A DNA stretch of 64,000 nt from Octopus bimaculoides (GCF_001194135.2 NC_068984.1:15169425-15233424); one strand, 5' to 3'; shown: positions 13,835-26,681, counted from the stretch's first letter. The notes: generated by a model not told the origin, from the letters alone. Numbers and translations: made by a program.

Positions 13835-14149
13835 TACATACACATATATATACACACATATATACACATATATATACACTCACTCATACATACACACAGA
13901 ATTTAGACATAAATTTTAAGTAAACAGATATTGCTCAACACAATATGACATCACATTAATATAATGTGTTAAGCCTATTTATTCAATGCAATTAATTTTT
14001 TTTAGAAACTAAGCTACTACAAACTACTATTATTGAAAGCTTCAGTGATTTTTAGTGTCATAAAATTTTCATTTGATACTATTTATGTGCTATGATATAA
14101 AGCAAAATAGCACTAAGTACTAGTGAATGCCCGATACAATACAACAAGT

Positions 14150-14440
14150 GTACATTAATAACAGATAAAGATGGTAATCGCTTTTATTGGCAGATATTTT
14201 GGTGAATGAATTGAAGGAAAGAAAAATAAAATTCATCACTAGACAGAATAGAAAAACTTGTTGAATGATTTAGTGCTTTTAACAATAACATCAGTAATAT
14301 TCCTACATTGGAAAAAAACAGATTAGTGATGTTTTGTTTGGCTACAGTGTGCAAAGGTGGGAGATTTCAGAGTAGCGATGGGGATTGTTTACAACTGGAA
14401 ATGTGTTAGTGCAAGTAACATCATTAAAATTTATTAAATT
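14150..14440 (+). mobile_element. Possible very old pogo/Tigger (CENP-B-like HTH) remnant
   Basis: Frameshifted IEKLVE*FS...NIP and DF..SDG..YNWK resemble the Tigger ASDGWL..WK region; support is weak. Confidence 0.25.
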
Positions 14441-15055
14441 CATACCAAACAAAAGATATTAGATATAAGATCATGGTCTTGTAACAACAGTGACTATGAG
14501 ACGAACACTTTATAAGGATGGGTGTAGAGAATAGACATTTTGCTCCTTAGCAGACACATCCAGCTCAAATATTGTATCTGCTTTCTGTTTAAACTGGTCA
14601 GATTTGCCTCTCTTGCCATTTGAAGAATTATTTTCTTAAAGTCTTCAAGAAATGTAACCTTACATAATCCCATGATCATGGGAAATACCATATTTCAATG
14701 GATCACGGAATTTCTTGTTTGTCCCATACTCAATTGGATCATTGCAGAAAGTTTAGTCATGTAATCATTTGAAGATACAATAAACTGGAATCAGCTGCCA
14801 TTTCCAAGATTCGAACCTATGGCTGGAAATTTAATGAAGATTTAATTATATACTGCTAATGCATATAATGTAGTAATCAAGGTACTAATGACATTATATG
14901 AACCATCAATCTACCAGTTCATTAAGCCAGCACCTAATCAATACAACCAGCTGTTTCAGCAAAGAAAAGTATATATATATATATATATACATACATACAC
15001 ACACACAAATATATCTTTATAGATCATACACACACACACAAATACATCCTTATAG

Positions 15056-15058
<3 letters not shown>

Positions 15059-15144
<86 letters not shown>
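15059..15144. repeat. (TA)n microsatellite
   Basis: Direct reading; many other (TA)n and (CA)n tracts border the N gaps. Confidence 0.97.
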
Positions 15145-15147
<3 letters not shown>

Positions 15148-15664
15148 TCAGCTTTTATGCATGTATTTTCGTTTAAAGATGTAAGTACAAACCCACAAAT
15201 ATTTTATTCATTTCAGTTATGTAGAAATATATTTTAATCAATAAATCTGTCCTGAAGTGGTGTCACACAGGATTTTTTGCACGCAGATCATCAAACACCA
15301 TTGTATGTACCTAAATGACACAGAGTTATGGTAAAAGTACTTTAAAAAATGTTCCAGACATGTACTTATAAAGCGACCACTTTGATCTGACAACTTGTGT
15401 TGAAACCGAAATAATTACATCATGATTAGAGCCATTGCAACAATTTAAAAAACATACAAAAACCGTTGGAATTATTTTGCATTTATTTTGTGAGGGGTCA
15501 AAATTTTCATCACACCACTGTAACTTGACAACTGACACAATTCTATCACATCTCATGATACATTTGTGCAGTTAGATGGCTAAAATGGCCCTATAGTTGC
15601 TACTTTTGAGAAATATTTGAAATGATAATGATTATAATTATTATAAAGAAACCATTATTAATTA

Positions 15665-15711
<47 letters not shown>

Positions 15712-16105
15712 GGCGGTGAGCTGACAGAATCGTTAGCACACTGGGTGAAATGCTTAGTATTTCATCTGCCGCTACATACCGAGTTCAAATTCCGTTGAAG
15801 TCGACTTTGCTTTCATCCTTTCGGGGGTCGATTGAATAAGTACCAGTTATGCACTGGGGTCAATGTAATCAACTTAAATATGTTTCTACATATTTTAAAC
15901 ACACACAAAAAAAAAAAACAGAAAAAAAAAGAAAACTTGTAGGAACATGTTGCATGAAAATATATGCAACTTTAGCAGTGGAAAATATTAACATATCTGT
16001 AAAAAAAAATACTGCTGAGAGCAACCCTGGTGATACGTTAGGTTAAAACAAAAGGCAAAAACAACACTTACATATACACAAGCTTTTCCAAACGAAAAGG
16101 AAATA

Positions 16106-16570
16106 CCGTAAATCCTTGAGTATAATCCGCATTTTTTCCCCAAAATTTAAAGGTCAAAATCCCTAGTGCGTACTATATAAGAGGTTAAAAATGAAAAATA
16201 TTTTCTAAGCAATGTCCGAGTCTCTATTTGCTGTCCAGCAATGTTTATCCAGACGCATTTTGTGATGTCCGGCGCAAAAATACCTTAAGCTATATTTATT
16301 TTTCACTGATGTTATTACTGTTATTTCTTTATTTTCTGCAAACAAAGTACACAAAAAAGCTACACGTTTGCATTATGTTATATATACAATAATAATGAAG
16401 GACGTCACTGTATATACGTTTACATACCCAGGATGTTATATAGACCTCCTTGACACAAGTTAGAGAAGGGGTGCGTATTATACACAAGGTTTAGGTTTTT
16501 CAGAGGTACAGCCCCCTAAAAATCCCCTGCATATTATACTCAAGGGTGGACTATACTCGAGGATTTACAG
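16106..16570. mobile_element. Tc1/mariner-superfamily (Tc2/pogo-like) MITE
   Basis: TIRs CCGTAAATCCTTGAGTATAATCC / GGACTATACTCGAGGATTTACAG (20 of 23 match), with TA on both sides. Confidence 0.85.
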
Positions 16571-17037
16571 TATATATTTCTTAATGAGAGGTATTTGAGT
16601 AAAGGAATATTTACATTCTTTATAAATATAACTTTTGATCAATGAACTTTAGATATAGGACATGGAGACAAAAAAATGATCATGTGGCAGCATTCTGTTA
16701 CAAAAACAAGTGCTTTTTTTACTGTAACTGTCAGAGACACAAAAGAGAAGGAAGATAACTTAACTGTGCCCTGCAAAGAGCTGCTGAAGCAAACAATACA
16801 CCAATACGTAAAATGATATCTTCTACCTTGAGCAAAGGAGGACACATGGCACCATGTGAGTGAAGTGGTAAGCAAAATTAAGGCTTTGCATGCCTATGCA
16901 TAGACTAGTCCAAAAGTATTTAGGATAAAGAACCACATGGGTCACCATAAAAGGCATTATTGATATTGTTGATCCCTGAATTAAAGTTAATTTTATAGCA
17001 CAACTCTGATCCACTTCCTCTGCTATATTTTGCCTGA

Positions 17038-17068
<31 letters not shown>

Positions 17069-17084
17069 GGAAGAATTCACAAAA

Positions 17085-17207
17085 AGCAACAGACGAAGAC
17101 AGGTGGTGTAGAAAACAAACAGATGTATTAGTATAACGCTCGGGAAGTGAAAAAGTCTTTAACATTTCAAGCCTACGCTCTTCCACAGAAAGGAACACAG
17201 AAAGAAA
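17085..17207 (-). mobile_element. Penelope-like terminal remnant with a degenerate hammerhead-like motif
   Basis: Minus strand reads CTTT CTGTGGA A GAGC GTAG GCTT GAAATGT T AAAG. A more decayed relative lies at ~4715-4850. Confidence 0.45.
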
Positions 17208-17348
17208 CAAGGTGTCCACAAAGTCTGGGTACAGGGAGTAAATAAAATCATAACATAAACAATTAAATATAAGAAATAATAAGTTTCCTTTTTTACTTTT
17301 GTAAAAGTATGTGTTAATCCCACGTACCCAGACTTTGTGGACACCCTG
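17208..17348. mobile_element. Small Tc1-like MITE (141 bp)
   Basis: TIRs CAAGGTGTCCACAAAGTCTGGGTAC / GTACCCAGACTTTGTGGACACCCTG (24 of 25 match); TA on the right side only. Confidence 0.8.
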
Positions 17349-18257
17349 TATGTGTATATATATATATATATATATATGGCAGGCTTCTGTTCAGTTTCCA
17401 TCTACCAAATCCACTCGGTGGCTATAGAAGGAGACATTTGCCGAAGGTGCCATATAGTGGGACTGAACCCAGAACCATATGCTTGGGAAGCAAACTTCTT
17501 ACCACAGAGCCATGCCTGCGCCTAATGTAGTACCTTTTTTTTAAGATAGTAGTGTAATTTAAGAGCACAGGCATGGCTGTGTTGCTAATTAGTTCACTTG
17601 CAACTAATGAGCAAATATTTTCTAGCATCGTCTCAATCTAACCAAACTATTGTGAGTGAAATTTGGCACACAGAAATCATTGGAAGGACCATTCTTATTT
17701 GCAAGATGTGGCCTAATCTGTCCACCTGATTCCTGGTGCCTCTAATAGAGTCCAATTTGTTGTAATCCTTCAGATCCAATCTTTGATCTGAGAATTATTT
17801 CCCCCTTTCCTCTTACCAGTCTTGGCGGCCCTGAAGAAAAAGTTAAAAGAGGACACTGCCCTTCCATTCTTATTAAACCATATGTTTCTTAAAAGAAATT
17901 TGACTGCTATTTGTAGCAGATTAAGCAACAACATTGCTGACCCAGTTATTTCATCTGTTAATAAAGGCAGAGAAATTAATTTTCTCTCCCATGCTTGCTG
18001 AATTTCATTATTCCAGCAAGAAGAATTATCTGCAACAGTTCTAAATTCTCCTTGAAATGTTTTGCAACATCTCAATAACTAAACTACCATTCTCTACATG
18101 AATGCAATTTAAAAGAGAAAAACGTATATCTTAGAAGCTGGAGGCAATATATCACAATAAAAATCAAGTTGTCAACTCAGCATCCAATGAAAATCTCAGA
18201 GGATTAGACTAACAGTTTCATGTCATGACAGATAGGAGAAACAAAGTATGCACATAT

Positions 18258-18292
<35 letters not shown>

Positions 18293-18350
18293 CTAATTAG
18301 AATGACAAAGGAACCATTTTTCGTTGGTAATGCTTTTCTGTGCATATAGT

Positions 18351-18728
18351 AGGCGCAATAGCCCAGTGGTTAGAGCAGCGGACTCACGGTCATAGGATCG
18401 CAGTTTCGATTCCCAGACCGGGCGTTGTGAGTGTTTATTGAGCGAAAGCACCTAAAGCTCCATGAGGCTCGGGCAGGGGATGGTGGCGAACCCTGCTGTA
18501 CTCTTCCACCACAACTTTCTCTCACTCTTACTTCCTGTTTCTGTTGTACCTGTAATTCAAAGGGTCAGCCTTGTCACACTGTGTCACACTGAATCTCCCC
18601 GAGAACTACATTAAGGGTACACGTGTCTGTGGAGTGCTCAGCCACTTGCACGTTAATTTCACGAGCAAGCTGTTCTGCTGATCAGATCAACTGGAACCCT
18701 CATCGTAACCGATGGAGTGCCAACCAAC
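18351..18728 (+). mobile_element. tRNA(Arg)-like SINE family C (~380 bp)
   Basis: tagcccagtgg A box, gtttcgattccc B box, tail ...cacgttaatttcacgagcaagctgtt...actggaaccctcatcgtaaccgatggagtgcc. Confidence 0.85.
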
Positions 18729-19536
18729 CAGTAGGCGCAGGAGTGGCTGTGTGGTAAGTAGCTTGCTTACCAACTACATGGTTCTGGGTTCAATTCCATT
18801 GCATGGCACCTTGGGCAAGTGTCTTCTACAATAGCCCCGGGTCAACCAAAGCCTTGTGAGTGGATTTGGTAGACGGAAACTGAAAGAAACCTGTCGTATA
18901 TATGTATGTGCACGTAAAAAGCACCATTTGAGCACAATCATTTCCAGCTTCGCCTTACTGGCACTTGTGCCGGTGGCATGTGAACAAAACATTTATTTCA
19001 CATTGCTCCAGTTCACTCAGTTGTTGAAATGAGTTGCGACGTCACAGGTGCCAAGCTGTATCGGTCTTTGCCTTTCCCTTGGATAACATCGGTGGCATGA
19101 AGAGGGGAGTCCGGTATGCATGGGCAACTGCTGGTCTTCCATAAACAACCTTGCCCGGACTTGTGCCTGGGAGGGTAACTTTCTAAGTGCAATCCCATGG
19201 TCAGTCATGACCGAAGGGGGTCTCAGCAATATTGTATTAAAGCTGAAAAGACTTCACAAACTGTTACTCAGAGTTTCATATAATCAACCACCAGTTGGGA
19301 GTATCTACAACAATGCAATAGTCTATAAGTATTTGTGATTACTAACTCATTGACTAAACATTTAAAGTTGATTGGGCAATTCCTTTTCAAAATAATTAGA
19401 ATCTCTTGGATAAAGCAATTTACTATAATGGTAAAATATGTACCAAAGTGAGTTGAATAAAATTTAAAAGTTGAATAGTAAAAATTAGAAATGGATACAA
19501 AAAATACATCAGAAATAAGTGACATATTTGCATATA

Positions 19537-19797
19537 TTAGGTTGGTGCATAATTACTGCGGCTTTTTTTTTCAATAAATTTTATTCAGCAAAAACAATAA
19601 CAACATTTAACAAAAACATCTTTAAATGATTATTCCGGAGCATATTTACCATCTACTTCAATTACTGCTTCCTATTTGCCTGGCAGCCAGTTGGAATAAT
19701 CATTTAAAGATGTTTTTGTTAAATGCTGTTATAGTTTTTGTTGAATAAAATTTATTGAAAAAAAAAGCCGTAACCGCAATAATTATGTACCAACCTA
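19537..19797. mobile_element. Mariner-derived foldback MITE
   Basis: Ends TA-TTAGGTTGGTGCA...TGTACCAACCTA; arms of about 100 bp; the spacer reads LPGK*EAVIEVDGKY on the minus strand, like a mariner C-terminus. Confidence 0.82.
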
Positions 19798-20229
19798 TTA
19801 TAATTATGTACCAACATTATGTACCAAATAATTATGTACCAACCTATTACATATCAAAGTATGGAGCTGGTGATTTATTTCATTGCCATACAAAGTTTCC
19901 CTACTAGATGTGCTCTTTCTGGTGATTGTAAACATGAATTTAACTATATTTATGTGCATGTTTACCATTATCTGAATGAAAGCACCAATCAAGAAATCAG
20001 CTTGATTCACATAAAAATACAATGCAACATATATTGAGTACTTAGTCTCTTGTTCATGAAACCCTGCCTAAAAATATGAGTGTGTGCGTTGTGAACAATG
20101 CAGTCCTTGGACCCAGCAGATCCTGTCAAACTGTCCAACCCATGCCAACATGGAACTAGACGTTAAACGGTGATGATGATGACAAATATATATGTATGTA
20201 TGGTGAGGTGGGGGGGGGGTTTACTATAA

Positions 20230-20825
20230 CAAACTGTATCGTATTGATTAACCCACATATGAGGACAGCTATAGAAAAAAGTGCATATGGACAAGGACAG
20301 CTGCATAAAGAAGTACATATGGACGAGAACAGCTGCATAAAGAAGTGCAGGGAACTGTGGAAGAGGTAGAACCAGGAAGCTATGGGATGGGATGAGGTGG
20401 TGAAATGATTTTTGGATATTCAGTCACATGAAGGCAATGACAAATGAACCAAACTTTTGACAATTTGCTGTGCTCGAGAAGACATGTCAAGCTCAGTGAA
20501 ATTGTAGTCGTAGCTAGTGTCGGGGACAAGTGAAAAGCACCCATTATGGTGAGACATGTAACTGTGCCAGTTACATGCAAAAGGTATTCATGCTGGTGAC
20601 ACATAAAAGGCACCCATACCAGTGACATGTTGAAAGTACTCATGCCTGTGACATGTAAAAAGTTCCCCATACATCCTATGGAGTGGTTGGTGTCAGGAAG
20701 GGCATCCAGCCGCAGAAATCAAGCCAAAAGAGACTGGAGCCTAGTACAGCCTTCCAGCTTACCAGTTCCAATCAAACTGTCTAACCCATGCCAGCATGGA
20801 AAATGGACACTAAATGATGATGATA
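20230..20825 (+). mobile_element. 5'-truncated RTE LINE: ORF2 C-terminal remnant plus 3' UTR and (GAT)n tail
   Basis: Remnant (R)MDENSCIKKC...GRGRTRK.W..VVK...AVLEKTCQAQ runs directly into the common 3' UTR. This links the very frequent tail repeat to an RTE LINE. Confidence 0.75.
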
Positions 20826-21131
20826 TGAATATTATTACACAAATATTATATTCATATATGACAAACCAATAACTAAAAATATGAGTGTATATGTGTACAC
20901 GTGTATGTGTGTGTATGTATGGTATAAGAGTTGCTGTTAGTGTTGTTTAACCCCAGGTCAACCTTACCTGAGTAGTCTAAAATCAAAGGCCTTCCTACTG
21001 TGACCCTTTCCTCTCTTTCCTATGAGCAGGAAATCTAGGACTACATTATCCAAAAAAAATTCGTCTTTAAGTGATTTGAGGGAGATTAGACTGCTATTTC
21101 CAACAAGTTGAGCAATCATGTTGAAATTCTC

Positions 21132-21168
<37 letters not shown>

Positions 21169-21656
21169 NNNNNNNNNNNNNNNNNNNNNNNNNNNNNNNN
21201 NNNNNNNNNNNNNNNNNNNNNNNNNNNNNNNNNNNNNNNNNNNNNNNNNNNNNNNNNNNNNNNNNNNNNNNNNNNNNNNNNNNNNNNNNNNNNNNNNNNN
21301 NNNNNNNNNNNNNNNNNNNNNNNNNNNNNNNNNNNNNNNNNNNNNNNNNNNNNNNNNNNNNNNNNNNNNNNNNNNNNNNNNNNNNNNNNNNNNNNNNNNN
21401 NNNNNNNNNNNNNNNNNNNNNNNNNNNNNNNNNNNNNNNNNNNNNNNNNNNNNNNNNNNNNNNNNNNNNNNNNNNNNNNNNNNNNNNNNNNNNNNNNNNN
21501 NNNNNNNNNNNNNNNNNNNNNNNNNNNNNNNNNNNNNNNNNNNNNNNNNNNNNNNNNNNNNNNNNNNNNNNNNNNNNNNNNNNNNNNNNNNNNNNNNNNN
21601 NNNNNNNNNNNNNNNNNNNNNNNNNNNNNNNNNNNNNNNNNNNNNNNNNNNNNNNN

Positions 21657-21697
<41 letters not shown>

Positions 21698-22334
21698 GCT
21701 GATGAAGTATCATCGTTGAATTTTGCTGAACAAGTAATTAAACACGAGAATTAAGTAAATGAATGAAAGTGTGCTAATATTTGTTACTGCTGTTGTTAAT
21801 TGCATTAAACAAACTATTACAGTATGTGTTTTTCAGTGTCATTTTGTTACAAGCTTTAGTTTGTAGATGCACAGGTGTGTGTGTGTATGTGTGTGTTCAT
21901 GCGTGTATAGTTGTGTTCATGTGTGCAACATATGTTTACATGCGTGTGTGTGTGTGCATGCAAATTGTTGTTTAGCCCCGGGTCAGCCTTGAGTGAACAT
22001 GATCATAATCAAAGCATTTCTACGGTCAGCCAATTTGGTGGGGAATGATCATGGTTGGAAATCTGTGACCACAATATCTAATGTGATCTTTCTTTTATTA
22101 ATGGATTGCCATTTCTAACAGGTCTTGTAACAATGTAAAGGCTCCCTCGTTAGCTACTCTGCTGTGCGGCAGTGTGTTGTGTTACGACATCACAATACAA
22201 AGGCAATCAGACAGCAACTTGCACCAGATGTTTACACACAGACACACACAGACACACACACACACACATGCTACAGATGATCTCCATTTCTGAGACAATT
22301 AAACAAATCTGAAAGACCCTCTTAAAACTCTCAC

Positions 22335-22448
22335 CTATCTGTCCTGGCTGATGCAATATTCAGCAGTAAAATAATTCCTACAAATGTCCTCATTCACAAC
22401 TCCACTTTCAATCAAGTCCACAGAAGGAAAAGAACAATTAGCCTCATT
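22335..22448 (-). CDS. Candidate 114-nt exon containing the ATG and signal peptide of an unidentified secreted protein (MRTFVGIILLLNIASARTD)
   Basis: Acceptor ttttttttttgcatag and donor AG|GTGAGA; n/h/c-region pattern ending A-S-A. No homology recognised. Confidence 0.3.
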   Translation of the reverse strand, partial: NEANCSFPSVDLIESGVVNEDICRNYFTAEYCISQDR

Positions 22449-23203
22449 CTATGCAAAAAAAAAAACAAAAAAAAAAACATAAACTATTGACTGCTTTTGG
22501 AATTTCAGTCTTTCAGAATATAATATGGAATAATGATTCTTTTTTTTTTCTTTTTCTCAGAAACAAAACTATCTTTTATCTTTTACTTCTTAGACAGTGG
22601 CCATGCTGGGACACCACCTGGAAGAATTTTAGTCATATGAACCAACCCCAGGATTTTTTTTTCTTTTAACCTGGTACTTAGTTTGGCTTCTTTTGTCAAA
22701 CTGTTAAGTTATAGGGATGTAAACACACTAACATCAGTTGTCAAGTAGTGATGAGGGACAAACAGGCATTTATATATACATATATTCTTCTTTTCTTTTT
22801 TTTACTTGTTTCAGTCATTAGAACTGCAGCCATGCTGGAGCACTGCCTTAAAGGGTTTGTTAGCCAAAGAAATCAACCTCAGGACTTATTCTTTGTAAGT
22901 CTATCAATCACTTTGCCGAACCACTGAGTTATGTGGTCATAAACAAAGCAACATTAGTTGTCAAGCAACAATGAAGGGGGGGACACACGCACAGACACAC
23001 ACACATAAATATATGCAGAAATATATACACACACATGTGGCAGGCTTCTTTCAGTTTCCATCTACCAAATCCACTGACAAGGCTTTGGTTGGCCCAAGAC
23101 TATAATAGAAGACACTTGCCCAAGGTGGCACACGGTGAGACTGAACCCAAAACCATGTGGTTGGGAAGCAAGCAAGCTTCTTACCACACAGCCATACCTG
23201 TAC

Positions 23204-23319
<116 letters not shown>

Positions 23320-25134
23320 ACAGCAGGTCTCTTTCAGTTTCTGTCTATCAAATACACTCATAAATCTTTGATTGATCTGGGGCTATAGTAGAAAACACTT
23401 GCGAAGGTAACAAGCAATGGGAGAGAACCTGAAACCAGATCGTTGGGAAGTAAACTTCTTAACCACACAACCATGCCTGCACCTACCATCATTTCTTCCA
23501 GTGTTTTCCAAAATGAGATCTATGATAAGGGGCCTTTTAATGAATTTTTTTTTTAAATTTATTCTATAAAAATTTGGTATTCTCTATTTTCAAAAAATCT
23601 GGGTTTTTTTAAGAAATATGAAAAGTTTCTCTCTCTAAAACAGATTTTGTCATCATCATCATCATCATCATTTAACATCTGTTTTCCATGCTGGCATAGG
23701 TTGGACAGTCTGAAGTTCCATTGTCTGCTTTGGTATGATTTCTGCAGTTTGATGCCCTTAGTAATGCCAACCACTTTACAGAGTGTACTGGGTGCTTTTC
23801 ATGTGGCACCATCACCAGCGCTTTATATGTGGAACTGGCACGAGTGCTTCATACACAGCACTGGCATGGGTGCTTTTTTTCAAGGAATGATTTATCAAAA
23901 TTAAGGTGATGGAAGTTGTCCATAAAGTAGAGATAAAGTTCTTGGAAATCTTATAAAGGGCCCATGACAAAATAAGTGTGAACCACTGTTGTGTTTCATT
24001 ATCATATGGTAATTATATTTTGGTTTTATAAGTACCAGATATTCACCACAAACAGACACAACACACACCTGATGATAAGTCCTGGGGTCAGTTTGTTCAA
24101 CTAAAGGCGGTGCTCCAGCATGGCCACAGTTAAATGTCTAAAAGAATAAAAGAACATGATCATGACTGCAGCAACATAACTAGCAGGCCACATGCTTTCA
24201 TGGAGGAGCAAAAAGAAAAGCTTGGAGAAAGAGAGGATGATCTACATCAGCAAAAATCATACAGAAAAGTTTCTGAGTTTGGATAACTTCTGTTACAGAG
24301 AAGAAATGAGGAATCTAACATTTCAAGACAATCACTTCATCTGAGAAAAGAGAATAATTTTATTTTCAAGAGGTGAAGACACTGACTGAGAGAGTAAAGA
24401 TATGGTTACAGAAGTGGATTTTAGGGGGTGTAAAAAAAAAATCTTTTTACTTTTCTTCTTTCTCAGAAGAGGGGTAGTTCTGAATTAACAGGCTCCTCTA
24501 TTCCCTGCAACATACAAATTTATACAAAATCACATTTTGTGATTTTGAGTAAATTTCTATCAAATGAAAAGCAATGATTACAGGACAGCAATCCCTTGCA
24601 TTATGAAAGGAATGCATTCTTGAAAGCTTTGCCATAATAGAATTCCATAATGCAAAATCTATTCTTCTACTTCCATGTTATAAAATACAATGCATTTCTA
24701 ACACATTTTTTCAGATAAAAAAAAAAAAGAAACACACAATCACTTCTATAACCAGAGTTTCCATAATGCAAAAACTCTGGATATTAAGCAGAGCTCTTAN
24801 NNNNNNNNNNNNNNNNNNNNNNNNNNNNNNNNNNNNNNNNNNNNNNNNNNNNNNNNNNNNNNNNNNNNNNNNNNNNNNNNNNNNNNNNNNNNNNNNNNNN
24901 NNNNNNNNNNNNNNNNNNNNNNNNNNNNNNNNNNNNNNNNNNNNNNNNNNNNNNNNNNNNNNNNNNNNNNNNNNNNNNNNNNNNNNNNNNNNNNNNNNNN
25001 NNNNNNNNNNNNNNNNNNNNNNNNNNNNNNNNNNNNNNNNNNNNNNNNNNNNNNNNNNNNNNNNNNNNNNNNNNNNNNNNNNNNNNNNNNNNNNNNNNNN
25101 NNNNNNNNNNNNNNNNNNNNNNNNNNNNNNNCAA

Positions 25135-25410
25135 GAAAGACAATACAAAGAAAACACGGACATATCATTCGGAGTTTTCTCTCTTCAGTCGAGATCCAGA
25201 TTATCTTTGCAATTTCGGCTGGTTATTCTCGATACTGCTCCAATCTGGCCAGCCCCAAGGTAAAACTAAGCTAAGAGCATTAGATTCCTTGGAAGAAAGC
25301 AGCAAATGTATGCAAAAACAAGGACGGAAAAATAATGAACAATGTTACACAAATACAGTAGGAATAATAACGGGACATAACAACAGATGTCTTTCGGCTG
25401 AACGAACACA
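25135..25410. mobile_element. Unclassified dispersed repeat, possibly Penelope-like; a related copy lies in the opposite orientation at ~27990-28110
   Basis: The motif ctaagctaagagcattaga is shared between the two loci in opposite orientation. CTGAAGA-GAG-AAAA-CTC-CGAA lies on the minus strand at 25168-25188. Confidence 0.4.
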
Positions 25411-26000
25411 CACACACACACACACAATACCATACACAGATACATACAAAAAATACACATGGATACACAATATCAAATGTATACAGAAATATACACACAC
25501 AATCGTACATATAGACCATATAAATATACACATACACACACTATCACACAAACAGAAATACTCTCACCACACAATATAATACATACATGAATATTACTGG
25601 CCCTCCATTGGTTACAACAATGAGGATTCCGCTGAAGGACACAAGGAGCCGTGGAGTATAGAACTTACAACCTTATGATTGTAAGCCAAATACCCTAACC
25701 ACTTAGCCAGATTCCCTCACAGGAATATACAAATACAATATCATACATATAGACATGTGTTCACAATATCATACATAACACCATACACACATACATGTAG
25801 AAACACACACTATTCAACAGAATTAAGTGGCCCTCTTGGAAGATTGGTGCTTAGCCCCCAAGATTGCCCTAACTAAGCAGGTACATACATCTGCCACATT
25901 TTATTTAAGCTGAGGTCAGCCCAGATTTAGCAAACCTAGCATCATGCATTTAATGCTACATCAGCCAGAGATGCTGTTAAAAAAGAAAAGTTAAGTTTAA

Positions 26001-26222
26001 CCCTTTATATACCCCAACCCAGCTGAAACTGCCCTTGGTCCTGTGATACAAACTTCCCATTTTAAAGTAACTTAAATTAAAATTTCCATTGAAATTTCTT
26101 GTTAATTTATATTCCAAACCCCAGCTGAATAACGTCAGAATTATTTTTATAGTTTTTTTTTATTTTCAAAATAAATTGAAAAAAAGCCAATGTATTTCAA
26201 CAGAAATATGGTAATGAAAGGG
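26001..26222. mobile_element. piggyBac-type MITE
   Basis: TTAA on both sides (25997-26000 and 26223-26226); ends CCCTTTATATACC / GGTAATGAAAGGG. Confidence 0.7.
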
Positions 26223-26305
26223 TTAAGGAGTTATTTAGAATGTAGGCAGGTATCCATCAGGTTCATCATCAGTCTGCTTCTATTTACTATAGTTTACTAA
26301 GCAAT

Positions 26306-26681
26306 GTGGGTATTGGCACTCCATCGAAGATTCCAGTTGATCCGATCAACGAAACAGCCTGCTCGTGAAATTAACGTGCAAGTGGCTGAGCACTCCACAC
26401 ACACGTGTACCCTTAACATAGTTCTCAGGGATATTCAGCATGACACAGTGTGACAAGGCTGACCCTTTGAATTACAGGCACAACAGAAACAGGAAGTAAG
26501 AGTGAGAGAAAGTTGTGGTGGAAGAGTACAGCAGGGTTCGCCACCATCCCCTGCCCGAGCCTCATGGAGCTTTTAGGTGCTTTCGCTCAATAAACACTCA
26601 CAACGCCCGGTCTGGTAATTGAAACCGCGATCCTATGACCGCATGTCCGCTGCCCTAACCACTGGGCCATTGTGCCTCCAC
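26306..26681 (-). mobile_element. Family C SINE with 12-bp TSD
   Basis: Reverse complement of the 18351 element; TTACTAAGCAAT at 26294-26305 and 26682-26693. Confidence 0.9.

Noticed and set aside
14494-14840. Protein-like ORF and exon candidate with donor TAT|GTAAGG
   Set aside because: Every frame between a plausible acceptor and the donor contains a stop, and no family was recognised.
17770-18075. 101-aa minus-strand ORF
   Set aside because: No recognisable domain, and it overlaps a dispersed repeat motif (gctacaaatagcagtcaaat, also near 39495).
18351-18425. Possible tRNA genes (also 61174-61245)
   Set aside because: A and B boxes are present, but the acceptor stems are broken and each head continues into a SINE body found in other copies.
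20964-20976. 9-nt microexon candidate with donor CAG|GTAAGG
   Set aside because: It lies within a dispersed repeat also seen near 120-180 and 21975.
23499-23988. Possible hAT MITE with CAGTG ends
   Set aside because: The TIR match is poor beyond 5 bp and there is no 8-bp TSD.
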